Of a DNA stretch of 32,000 nucleotides, positions 9,160 to 16,487 are shown piece by piece (within the stretch, counting starts at the first letter, position 1; each line of letters begins with the position of its first letter). The stretch is from an uncultured Actinomycetes bacterium (GTDB lineage Bacteria > Actinomycetota > Actinomycetes > S36-B12 > CAIYMF01): the NCBI GenBank assembly GCA_963843975.1, contig CAWJMG010000003.1, positions 1,920,001 through 1,952,000 on the forward strand, read 5' to 3'. The notes below the pieces were generated by a model that was not told the origin of the DNA, did not search any database, and saw nothing but the letters and a program-made list of their open reading frames with translations. Both the position numbers and the translations under genes were made by a program.

Positions 9160-9669
9160 GTGAGCACACGCGACTACCCGACCAGGGGCATCACCATCCA
9201 CTGGGACAGCGACATCTGCATCCACTCGGGTGTCTGCGCCCGCACGCTGCCCCAGGTGTTCCGGCCGCGCGAGAAGCCGTGGGTCGACGCCGACGCAGCC
9301 GACGCGGACGCCATCGCCGGCGCCGTCGACCGCTGCCCGAGCGGCGCCCTGCGCTACACCCGAACCCTTGTCGAGACCGCACCCCCGGGCGCGCTGCTGC
9401 TGCCGCCTCCAGCGCCCGAGAGGCCCGAGGACGAGGCGGAGGCCGAGGGCGAGGCCACGGACGAGCCGGCCGTGACGGTCACCGCGACCGCCAACGGGCC
9501 CTACGCCGTACGCGGCCCGGCGACGGTGTACGCCGCCGACGGCACGGTGCTGCGCGAGGTCACGCGCGTGGCGTTCCTCTGCCGGTGCGGCCACTCGGCG
9601 ACGAAGCCGTTCTGCGACGGCAGCCACCAGCGCGTCGGCTTCACCGACGGCCAGACGCCTGGTGCATGA
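9160..9669 (+). CDS. iron-sulfur fusion protein: divergent 4Fe-4S mono-cluster domain + CDGSH-type [2Fe-2S] domain
   Basis: The N-terminal ITIHWDSDICIHSGVCARTLPQVF...RCPSGALRY resembles the (4Fe-4S)-binding DUF1271-type domain. The C-terminal FLCRCGHSATKPFCDGSH is the CDGSH signature. In-frame alternative starts are ATG 9103 and GTG 9145 (AGGGGG 8 nt upstream). I chose GTG 9160 by analogy to family N-termini. Confidence 0.75.
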   Translation: MSTRDYPTRGITIHWDSDICIHSGVCARTLPQVFRPREKPWVDADAADADAIAGAVDRCPSGALRYTRTLVETAPPGALLLPPPAPERPEDEAEAEGEATDEPAVTVTATANGPYAVRGPATVYAADGTVLREVTRVAFLCRCGHSATKPFCDGSHQRVGFTDGQTPGA

Positions 9670-10928
9670 CACCGGAGCCCGTTGCGCTCGTGACGACGAA
9701 GGCCCGCCCGGATGATCCGGGCGGGCCTTCGTGCAGACGGCGTCGTGCGATGGCTCAGTAGTTCGGGAAGCTCGGGGTGGAGCTGGTTGACCCAGGCGAC
9801 GATGCCCCCGCCGACGTGGACTGCGTCGGAGAAGCCGGCGCCCTTCACGACCGCGAGCGCCTCGGCCGAGCGGCCGCCGACCTTGCAGTGCAGCACGATC
9901 GGCTTGTCGCTCGGCAGCTGCTCGAGCGCCTTGCCGTTGAGGAACTCGCCCTTGGGGATGAGCACCGCACCAGGGATGTGGACGATGTCCCACTCGTTCT
10001 GCTCGCGGACGTCGATGAGCACAAAGTCGCGCTCCCCTGCCTCGCGCTCGGCGAGCATCTCGTCGAGCTGCTTGACCGAGATCGTCGAGCCGACCGCAGC
10101 ATCGGCCGCGGCGTCCGAGATCGTGCCGCAGAAGGCGTCGTAGTCGATCAGCTCGGTGATCGGGGTGGCGTTCGGGTCCTTGCGGATCTTCACCGTGCGG
10201 TACGACATCTCGAGGGCGTCGTAGATCATCAGGCGGCCGAGCAGCGAGTCGCCGATGCCGGTGATGAGCTTGATCGCCTCGGTGACCATGACCGAGCCGA
10301 TCGACGCGCACAGAACGCCGAGCACGCCGCCCTCGGCGCACGACGGCACCATGCCGGGGGGCGGGGGCTCGGGGTAGAGGTCGCGGTAGTTGGGGCCGTG
10401 CTCGTCCCAGAACACCGAGACCTGGCCCTCGAAGCGGTAGATCGAGCCCCAGACGTACGGCTTGCCGAGGAGCACCGCGGCGTCGTTCACCATGTAGCGC
10501 GTGGCGAAGTTGTCGGTGCCGTCGACGATGAGGTCGTAGCCGCGGAAGATGTCGAGGACGTTGTCGTTGTCGAGCCGCGTGTCGTGGACGATGACGTTCA
10601 CGTACGGGTTGACCTCGAGCACCGAGTCGCGCGCGGACTCCGCCTTGGACCGGCCGATGTCGCTCTGGCCGTGGATGATCTGGCGCTGCAGGTTCGACTC
10701 GTCGACGGTGTCGAACTCCACGATGCCGAGGGTGCCCACGCCGGCCGCGGCCAGGTAGAGCAGCGCGGGGCTGCCGAGACCGCCGGCGCCCACGCAGAGC
10801 ACCTTGGCGTTCTTCAGGCGCTTCTGCCCGGCCATCCCGACCTCGGGGATGATGATGTGGCGGCTGTAGCGGCGGACCTCGTCGACGGTGAGTGCGTCGG
10901 CAGGCTCGACCAGCGGCGGCAGGGACAC
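9501..10928 (-). CDS. moeZ: adenylyltransferase/sulfurtransferase MoeZ (ThiF/MoeB E1-like domain + C-terminal rhodanese). The literal ORF is given; the probable true 3' end is near 9755.
   Basis: GTG start at 10928 with GAGGAG 7 nt upstream. Motifs: YSRHIIIPEVG, VLCVGAGGLGSP (nucleotide loop), PSCAEGGVLG, and the rhodanese loop LHCKVGGRS. After residue ~388 the tail turns Arg/Pro/Ser-rich, crosses the 9696-9732 hairpin and overlaps the convergent gene by 169 bp. See the moeZ stop-codon finding (9501-9770). Confidence 0.85.
   Translation of the reverse strand: MSLPPLVEPADALTVDEVRRYSRHIIIPEVGMAGQKRLKNAKVLCVGAGGLGSPALLYLAAAGVGTLGIVEFDTVDESNLQRQIIHGQSDIGRSKAESARDSVLEVNPYVNVIVHDTRLDNDNVLDIFRGYDLIVDGTDNFATRYMVNDAAVLLGKPYVWGSIYRFEGQVSVFWDEHGPNYRDLYPEPPPPGMVPSCAEGGVLGVLCASIGSVMVTEAIKLITGIGDSLLGRLMIYDALEMSYRTVKIRKDPNATPITELIDYDAFCGTISDAAADAAVGSTISVKQLDEMLAEREAGERDFVLIDVREQNEWDIVHIPGAVLIPKGEFLNGKALEQLPSDKPIVLHCKVGGRSAEALAVVKGAGFSDAVHVGGGIVAWVNQLHPELPELLSHRTTPSARRPARIIRAGLRRHERNGLRCHAPGVWPSVKPTRWWLPSQNGFVAEWPHRQRNATRVTSRSTVPSAAYTVAGPRTA
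9696..9732. terminator. bidirectional intrinsic-terminator-like hairpin between the convergent CDGSH-protein and moeZ genes
   Basis: ACGAAGGCCCGCCCGGA-TGA-TCCGGGCGGGCCTTCGT forms a 17-bp perfect stem with a 3-nt loop. It lies 27 nt after the CDGSH-gene stop (9669). Confidence 0.6.
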
Positions 10929-11080
10929 GGACGTTCTCCTCAGTGCTCGGGCACGCCGGTTCCCCGGCGTCTGCGCACGTCAACCGTGCCATGACGTGAT
11001 CTGTTCCCCTCACCCGGGTCCAGCGCGCGGGATGGCTGTCCACCTGGTGGGACGACCCCGGGAGGGGCCACAGTGTCCCC

Positions 11081-11633
11081 GTGGACGCCGCGCCCCGCAG
11101 CCTCGCCGAGATCGGCACCTGGCTGCCGCCGTACGCCCCGGACGTCTCGCGCAACCTCGAGGTCGTGGTCGCGACCCCGGGCGAGCACCTCACCCCGCAG
11201 CAGCACTGGGGCTGCGTCCTGGCCGCCGCGGCCGCAGTCCGCTCCCCCTCGGCCACCCCCGCCCTCGCCGGCGAGGCCACCGCGCGCCTCCCGCGCGAAT
11301 CCGCTGAGGCCGCGCTCGCGGTCGCCGCGGTGATGGCCGGGCACGCCGTCTACTTCCGCGCCCGGCACTTCCTGCACGGCGCGTACGACGACCTGCGGGC
11401 GGGCCTGCGGTCGTCGGCGACGATCGCGCCGACCAGCCCTCCGCTCGACGTCGAGGCTCTGGTGCGTGGTGGTCGCAGCGGTCCACGGCTGCGAGGCCTG
11501 CGTGGGCGAGCACGATGCGGGCGCCCGCTCGGCCGGTGCGACCCGTGAGGCAGTCAACGACGCGCTGCGCATCGCCGCAGTCGTCACATCGGTGGCCGCA
11601 GCCCTCGACGCCGACCGCCTCCTGCACGACTGA
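11081..11633 (+). pseudogene. AhpD-like alkylhydroperoxidase / carboxymuconolactone-decarboxylase-family gene, frame-disrupted near 11459
   Basis: Frame A (11081-11458) reads LAEIGTWLPPYAPDVSRNLEVVV...LTPQQHWG...AVYFRARHFLHGAYDDLRAGLR...PPLDVEA, collinear with AhpD. The active-site part WCVVVAAVHGCEACVGEHDAGARSAGATREAVNDALRIAAVV...LLHD* is only readable in the +1 frame, from 11460 to the stop at 11631-11633. Confidence 0.65.
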
Positions 11634-11637
11634 GCCC

Positions 11638-11669
11638 GACGACGGATCCCCCCAGCGGGACCCGTCGTC
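11638..11669. terminator. hairpin between the convergent ahpD-like and sigma-partner genes
   Basis: GACGACGGATCCC-CCCAGC-GGGACCCGTCGTC forms a 13-bp stem with one mismatch and a 6-nt loop. Confidence 0.5.
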
Positions 11670-11681
11670 CGGCCCAGCACC

Positions 11682-12827
11682 TCAGGGGCAGGGCGCCGCC
11701 CCGAGGACGACCTGCGTGTCGATGAAGCAGACGTTCACCGTCGACTTCTCACCTCCGACGGTCAGCGTTGCGGCGGTGGGCTTGGTCGACTGGGTGTCGT
11801 CGCCGTCAAACGGACCCCGCGAGTACCCACTCAGGTAGCCGACGAGTGGAGAGCCCATGTCGTTGAAGTAGGGACGCACCGCTTCGTCGAAGTGCGACTG
11901 GTTTGCCTTCCCGCCATCCGCGAGGAGGGTGGCGTCACGCTGTATCCGTGCGAACAGATCGGTTGCGCAGTTCGCCTTCGCCGCCTCGAGAGAGACCGAG
12001 TTGCTGCACGACACCGGATAGCCCGTGAGCCGTAGGGTCGCCAGCAGCTGCGTCATCTCCGCGTCCTGAGCGGCCGGATCGGTCGACGCGAGCGCGGACG
12101 ACCACACGACGAGCGGCGCGTCGCCCGCATTGACGATCGCGATGACGTTCCGTGTACCGCGCACGAGGCTCTGGCAGTCCCCCGGCGGCGATCCCGGCTG
12201 GGTGCAGCCGAGCGCCCCGGGCACGTCGTCCGTGGTCGTGAGGACAACGACGTTCGCGGCTCCCGCGTTCGCCGTCGCCTGTTGCGTGAAGGCCGGCTGC
12301 ACCACCGGCACCACGCCCGGGCGCTGGGTCAGCTCGCTGAAGTACTCGGCCGCCTTGTCCCACGTCAGGACGTCTCCACCCTTGTTGGTGGCGGGGCCCC
12401 AGGCAGTGAGCGGCAGGTAGACCTCGAGGAGCCGGTCCTTGCCCGCCTCGCAGGGGTTCTGCCCGCAGTCGCCCTGCGCCCAACGCACCAGCCTCGGCGC
12501 CGCGACGAGCGGATCGAGGCCGACAGCCCAGTCAGGCAGCTTCAGCTGTGGCTTCGCGTACAGCTGCGTGCCGGTCCACCGGCCCCCCTGCGCGGGCGGG
12601 ACCTCGGCGGTGGGACGGCCGACGACCAGCATCGCCAGCACGACGGCCGCGGCGGCCACCGCGGCGATCGCGGCCATGCCTCCCCAGCGCCGGCGCGTGC
12701 GGGCACGGTCCGCGGCCTCGAGCCGGACCTGCAGCGTCTGCCACTCGGCCGCGGTGTCGGTGCTGCGCGCAGCGTCGTCGGCGTCGGCCCGGAGGGTGGC
12801 CACGATCGCGTTCTCGATGCTGGTCAT
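11682..12827 (-). CDS. single-pass membrane protein encoded downstream of an ECF sigma factor (putative anti-sigma/sensor partner), cassette 2
   Basis: The ATG at 12827 overlaps the sigma-gene TGA (ATGA). The short cytoplasmic N-terminus is MTSIENAIVATLRADADD...RRRW. One TM helix follows (GGMAAIAAVAAAAVVLAMLVVG), then a Cys-containing extracytoplasmic domain with GALGCTQPGSPPGDC. The longer ORF-track N-terminus (to 13106) is out of context inside the sigma gene. Confidence 0.7.
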   Translation of the reverse strand: MTSIENAIVATLRADADDAARSTDTAAEWQTLQVRLEAADRARTRRRWGGMAAIAAVAAAAVVLAMLVVGRPTAEVPPAQGGRWTGTQLYAKPQLKLPDWAVGLDPLVAAPRLVRWAQGDCGQNPCEAGKDRLLEVYLPLTAWGPATNKGGDVLTWDKAAEYFSELTQRPGVVPVVQPAFTQQATANAGAANVVVLTTTDDVPGALGCTQPGSPPGDCQSLVRGTRNVIAIVNAGDAPLVVWSSALASTDPAAQDAEMTQLLATLRLTGYPVSCSNSVSLEAAKANCATDLFARIQRDATLLADGGKANQSHFDEAVRPYFNDMGSPLVGYLSGYSRGPFDGDDTQSTKPTAATLTVGGEKSTVNVCFIDTQVVLGAAPCP

Positions 12828-13357
12828 GCCCACGCCTCCATCCGCTTGTGCAGGGCCGCCGTGGCCCGTGACTGGTGCTGCTTCACCGATCCGGCGCTGA
12901 TGCCGAGCCAGGTGGCTATCTGGTCCTCGCTGAGATCGAGGTAGTAGCGGAGCACCACGACCTCGCGCTGCCTGCGTGGCAGCGCGCGGATCGCGTCGGC
13001 GAGCTCGGCCCGCTGGCTGCCGGCGATCCCCTCCACCTCCGCGGACGGCGAGGTGCCCGCCTCCGGAGCGACGTAGGACCGCGCGGTGATGCGACGGCGC
13101 ACCCACGAGCGGGCGCCGTACACGACGCTGCGGTCGAGGTACGCGACGGCGGCGTCCGGGTCGCGCAGGCCGCGCCAGCGCTTGTAGAGAGATTCGAACG
13201 CGTCCTGCACGATCTCCTCGGCCGACCCCCGGTCGTCGACGAGCAGCGACGCGAGCCCCACGAGCCTCCGGTGGTGGACGTGGAACAGCGCGGTCACCGC
13301 GGCTCGCGGCGACGTCGGGAACCCGTCGTCCGGTGCGGGTGCGTCTCGTCCGCTCAT
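12824..13357 (-). CDS. ECF-type sigma-70 family RNA polymerase sigma factor (actinobacterial SigE-family type), cassette 2
   Basis: ATG at 13357 with AGGGGGG 7 nt upstream; 177 aa. Region 2 is AEEIVQDAFESLYKRWRGLRDPDAAVAYL. Region 4 is LPRRQREVVVLRYYLDLSEDQIATWLGISAGSVKQH. Confidence 0.85.
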   Translation of the reverse strand: MSGRDAPAPDDGFPTSPRAAVTALFHVHHRRLVGLASLLVDDRGSAEEIVQDAFESLYKRWRGLRDPDAAVAYLDRSVVYGARSWVRRRITARSYVAPEAGTSPSAEVEGIAGSQRAELADAIRALPRRQREVVVLRYYLDLSEDQIATWLGISAGSVKQHQSRATAALHKRMEAWA

Positions 13358-13389
13358 GTCCAACCCCCCTGGCTCGGCTCTCACAGGCC

Positions 13390-13418
13390 TAGTCGCACGA
13401 GCCGCCCCGAGGTTGACA
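13390..13418 (-). promoter_or_regulatory. putative ECF-type promoter of cassette 2 (minus strand TGTCAACC-N15-CGAC)
   Basis: The 23-nt element GAGCCGCCCCGAGGTTGACACGG (plus strand 13399-13421) recurs with one mismatch upstream of the paralogous sigma gene. In both cases it lies exactly 42 nt from the start codon. Read on the minus strand it has an AAC-type -35 and a CG(A/T)C -10 with about 16-nt spacing. Confidence 0.4.
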
Positions 13419-13450
13419 CGGAACCCCACCGGATTCCCGTCAGGACGACG

Positions 13451-13484
13451 CCGGGGCCCGCTGCGGTGTCGCAGCGGGCCCCGG
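13451..13484 (-). terminator. hairpin separating the two sigma cassettes
   Basis: CCGGGGCCCGCTGCG-GTGT-CGCAGCGGGCCCCGG forms a 15-bp perfect stem. It lies 16 nt downstream of the cassette-1 partner stop (13500). Confidence 0.55.
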
Positions 13485-13499
13485 TCGTCCTCGGGGTGG

Positions 13500-14752
13500 T
13501 CAGGTCGTCGATCGCACCCACACCGTGGACTGGTAGAGGACACGCGTCATTGCCTCCTCGGAGACGGCGCCCGCGTCCGGGTTCTCGTCGACCGACTCGA
13601 CGATCCAGCGCAGGGCCTTGCCGTCGAGCGTCACCGTGCTGACGGTGGCCAGCGACGAGCCGTCGACGGTCGTCCCCGTGACACGGTCGCCGGTTCGCTC
13701 GTAGGTGTGCTCGTCGAACTTGATCCGCGTGCCGTCCGACGTGACGGCGTACAGGCGGTACCAGGTCGGGTCCACCCAGAGCTCCCACGTCATGGGGTCG
13801 CCCGCAGGCTCCAGCTCCTGCAGCACCCGCTGCGTGGACGACGCGAGGCCGAGATCGGCCAGCAACGACGTGGTCTGCTCGCGGGTGAAGCTCCGCGTCC
13901 ACACGCCGAGCATGGGGTTCACGGTCGTGAGGTCGAGCTGGACTGTCTCGAGCATGGGGTCGAACTGCCCCACCCACGCAGGACCGTTCGCGTTGTCCGG
14001 CGGTGTGCGGGTGAGGATCACCAGCGGGTTCGACGAGCCGACGTCCACGACGGCCATCCGCGTGGCGACGCCTTCGAAGAAGTCCCAGCAGTCGTCCGAC
14101 GCGCCGTCCCCGGCCTCGCACCCGACGCCGTCGGGCACCTCGGTCAGCGGCGTCACGGTCAGCACCGTCGCGGGCCGGCCGCCGACGTCGCGGCTGCTGC
14201 GCTCGGTGATGGTCGCCTTCCCGTCCGCGACCAAGGAGTCCAGGTAGTCGAGGTAGCCGCGGTAGCCCGGCATCGCGGTGTCGTCGCGCTGCACCAGGCT
14301 GAACGGATCGAGCTTGGACAGCGACAGGAACGTCAGCCCGATGCAGATGTTGTCCTCGCAGCGGTTCCACGTGACGTGGCGCAGGTTCTCCGCCGTCGGC
14401 GCGTCCATCGACTCGTTCACCCACTGCGGCGTGCGCACGGTGAACGGGAAGGCGAACGCGCTGCTGTCGAACGTCGCGGACGCCGTGCGCGTCGGGCTGG
14501 ACGTCGGGCTGGACGTCGGTTCGGTGGGCTGCGGCGCGGGGGTCGGGCGACCGGCCGCGACGAAGGCGACGACTGCGACGGCGACAGCGCGGCGACGACA
14601 CCGGCCACGATCTGCCAGCGGCGGCGGCGGCGGTCGACGTCGTCGAGGCGGTTGTCGAGGATCTCGCGACCCTCGTTGAGGTCTGCGCTCATGGCGATCT
14701 CCTGGGCTTCATCGCGCAGAGCGTCCGTCAGCGTGGACTCGAAGAGCTTCAT
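13500..14752 (-). pseudogene. paralogous sigma-partner membrane protein (cassette 1), frame-disrupted inside the TM helix near 14586-14587
   Basis: ATG 14752 (ATGA overlap with the sigma stop; alternative ATG 14758) gives MKLFESTLTDALRDEAQ...DVDRRRRRWQIVAGVVAA. The continuation VAVAVVAFVAAGRPTPAPQPTEPTSS...TVRTPQWVNESMD... is then in another frame, that of ORF 13500-14438. Restoring one nucleotide (a Leu codon) gives a 22-residue TM helix of the same length as in the paralog. The ectodomain shares VPDGVGCEAGDGASDDC with the paralog motif. Confidence 0.65.
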
Positions 14753-15282
14753 TCCCATGCCTCCATCCGCTTCTGCAGGGCGGCGGTTGCCCGGTGCGCG
14801 TGCTTCTTCACCGAGCCGGTCGAGACGCCGAGCCACACAGCGATCTGCTCCTCGGAGAGGTCGAGGTAGTAGCGCAGGACGATGACCTCGCGCTGGCGCT
14901 GCGAGAGGTCCCGCACCGCCGCCACCAGGTCGTCGCGCCTGCGGTTGTCGACTCCGGCGCTCTCGGCCGAGTCGACGGTGCCCGCGTCGGGCAGCGTGAA
15001 GGAGCGTTCGGTGAACCGCCGACGGACCCGCGAGCGGGCACCGTTCACGACGCTCCTGTTGAGGTAGGCGACGGCTGCCTGCGGGTCCCGCAGGGTCCCC
15101 CACCGTCGGTAGAGCTGCTCGAAGGCGTCCTGGACGACTTCCTCCGCCGTCTCCCGGTCGTCGACCATGAGGCCGGCGAGACCGACGAGGCGGCGGTAGT
15201 GCACGTGGAACAGCGAGGTGACCGCCGCGCGCGGCGATCGCGGGAGGTCGGCGGACCCCCACGACTCGTCGGCGCCTCTCAT
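14749..15282 (-). CDS. ECF-type sigma-70 family sigma factor, cassette 1 (paralog of 12824-13357)
   Basis: 177 aa, collinear with the other sigma: AEEVVQDAFEQLYRRWGTLRDPQAAVAYL and LSQRQREVIVLRYYLDLSEEQIAVWLGVSTGSVKKH. Confidence 0.85.
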   Translation of the reverse strand: MRGADESWGSADLPRSPRAAVTSLFHVHYRRLVGLAGLMVDDRETAEEVVQDAFEQLYRRWGTLRDPQAAVAYLNRSVVNGARSRVRRRFTERSFTLPDAGTVDSAESAGVDNRRRDDLVAAVRDLSQRQREVIVLRYYLDLSEEQIAVWLGVSTGSVKKHAHRATAALQKRMEAWE

Positions 15283-15314
15283 GGCAGCCCCCTTCCGGCT
15301 CGAACGTCAGGGAT

Positions 15315-15343
15315 AGGACGTCCGAGCCGCTCCGAGGTTGACA
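15315..15343 (-). promoter_or_regulatory. putative ECF-type promoter of cassette 1 (minus strand TGTCAACC-N15-CGTC)
   Basis: GAGCCGCTCCGAGGTTGACACGG lies at 15324-15346, 42 nt from the sigma start. This is the same spacing as in cassette 2. Confidence 0.4.
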
Positions 15344-15459
15344 CGGCCCGGCGACCCACCCGATCTCGATGGGGAAAGTCGCTCCCCTCAGCGAGTTTCG
15401 ACGTCCAGATCGGGGCTCGGCGCGGGAGCATGGGCGCCGACGACCTGGGAGGGACGACC

Positions 15460-16482
15460 ATGCCGACACCGGTGAGGGCCGACGACGTCACGCGCATGAC
15501 CGATGCGCTGTTCATCGAGAAGTCGTGGAAGAGCCCGTCCGCCAGCAAGTTCTGGGTGCTGCTCGTCCTCGCGACGATCATCGCCACGGCCGGTGTGATC
15601 GCCGACAGCACGGCCTCGGTCATCGGCGCCATGATCGTGGCGCCGCTCATGACGCCGATCCTCGGCATCGCGCTGGCGACGGTCCTCGGCGACCGCCCGG
15701 CCCTGCTGCGCAGCGTGGCGTACGTCGTCGGCGGCGCCCTCGTCGTCGTGGCGCTCGCCTGGCTGATCGGCTCGATCGGTTTCAACGTCGACGACTACCG
15801 CACCAACTCGCAGGTGACCGGTCGCATCAGCCCGCGTCTCATCGACCTCCTCGCCGCGCTGGCCACGGGCACCGTCGGCGCCTTCGCACTGGTGCGCCGC
15901 GACATCAGCGACGCGCTCCCGGGTGTGGCCATCGCGATCTCGCTCGTGCCGCCGCTCGCCGTCGTCGGCCTGCTGCTGCAGGTGGGCCGGTACGCCGACG
16001 CCTCGCAGGCGCTGCTGCTGTTCGGCACGAACGTCGCGGCGATCATCGCAACGGGAACGATCGTGCTGGTGCTCTACAAGGTGCGTGAGATCGCGAAGGA
16101 GTCCGGCCAGGTCCATGGCGGGCTCGGCAAGGGCACCATCGCCGTGATCTGCACCCTCATCGTGGTGGTGATGGTGCCGCTCGCCATCGGCTCGCTGAAC
16201 GTCGCCTACGACCAGCTGGCACAGCGCGACGCGACTCCCATCGCCCAGAAGTGGGCCGACAAGACGGGTTGGCAGGTCACGACGGTGCAGGTGGTGAACC
16301 GGCAGATCATCGTGACCGCGCTCGGCCCGCCCCCCGAGGTGGAGGTCGACAGCCTCCGGGTCGCGCTCAACGACGCCGGCTTCGGCCTCGAGGACCTCGT
16401 CGTGCGCCTCGTCGTCGGCGGCACGCGCGTCTGCCCGGCCGGCGGCACGACCTGCCAAATCCCGGCGCCATCGGGCAGCTAA
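15460..16482 (+). CDS. DUF389-family integral membrane protein
   Basis: ATG 15460 is preceded by GGGAGGG 7 nt upstream (alternative ATG 15430). The sequence FWVLLVLATIIATAGVIADSTASVIGAMIVAPLMTPILG ... AIAISLVPPLAVVGL is typical of DUF389/TIGR00341-like proteins. The longer ORF-track N-terminus is antisense to the sigma gene. Confidence 0.75.
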   Translation: MPTPVRADDVTRMTDALFIEKSWKSPSASKFWVLLVLATIIATAGVIADSTASVIGAMIVAPLMTPILGIALATVLGDRPALLRSVAYVVGGALVVVALAWLIGSIGFNVDDYRTNSQVTGRISPRLIDLLAALATGTVGAFALVRRDISDALPGVAIAISLVPPLAVVGLLLQVGRYADASQALLLFGTNVAAIIATGTIVLVLYKVREIAKESGQVHGGLGKGTIAVICTLIVVVMVPLAIGSLNVAYDQLAQRDATPIAQKWADKTGWQVTTVQVVNRQIIVTALGPPPEVEVDSLRVALNDAGFGLEDLVVRLVVGGTRVCPAGGTTCQIPAPSGS

Positions 16483-16487
16483 GCCCG

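Larger units (their letters stand above)
11682..15346 (-). repeat. tandem duplication of a promoter-sigma-partner cassette (units about 13500-15346 and 11682-13421)
   Basis: By eye, the two sigma genes align at DNA level over most of their length. Their leader regions share GGCTCG and the 23-nt element. Their partner proteins share architecture and a C-x9-C ectodomain motif. Confidence 0.7.

Noticed and set aside
10951-10970. Small hairpin ACGCCGG-GGAA-CCGGCGT in the moeZ leader, and palindrome CCACC-T-GGTGG at about 11041
   Set aside because: They are too short and too GC-typical to distinguish from chance in this composition. There is no second copy or known motif to anchor an interpretation.
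9043-11280. 745-aa minus-strand ORF spanning the CDGSH, moeZ and ahpD-like region
   Set aside because: It is out of frame with moeZ, which has unmistakable ThiF/rhodanese motifs. It is extremely Arg/Pro/Gly-rich and crosses three real genes.
13412-13417. Plus-strand TTGACA (also 15338-15343) inside the conserved element, as a sigma-70 -35 box
   Set aside because: At 13412 there is no plus-strand gene downstream (the next gene is on the minus strand), and no convincing -10 follows in either copy. Conservation at a fixed distance from both minus-strand sigma starts favours a minus-strand ECF-type promoter. A role for the 15338 copy in DUF389 expression cannot be excluded.
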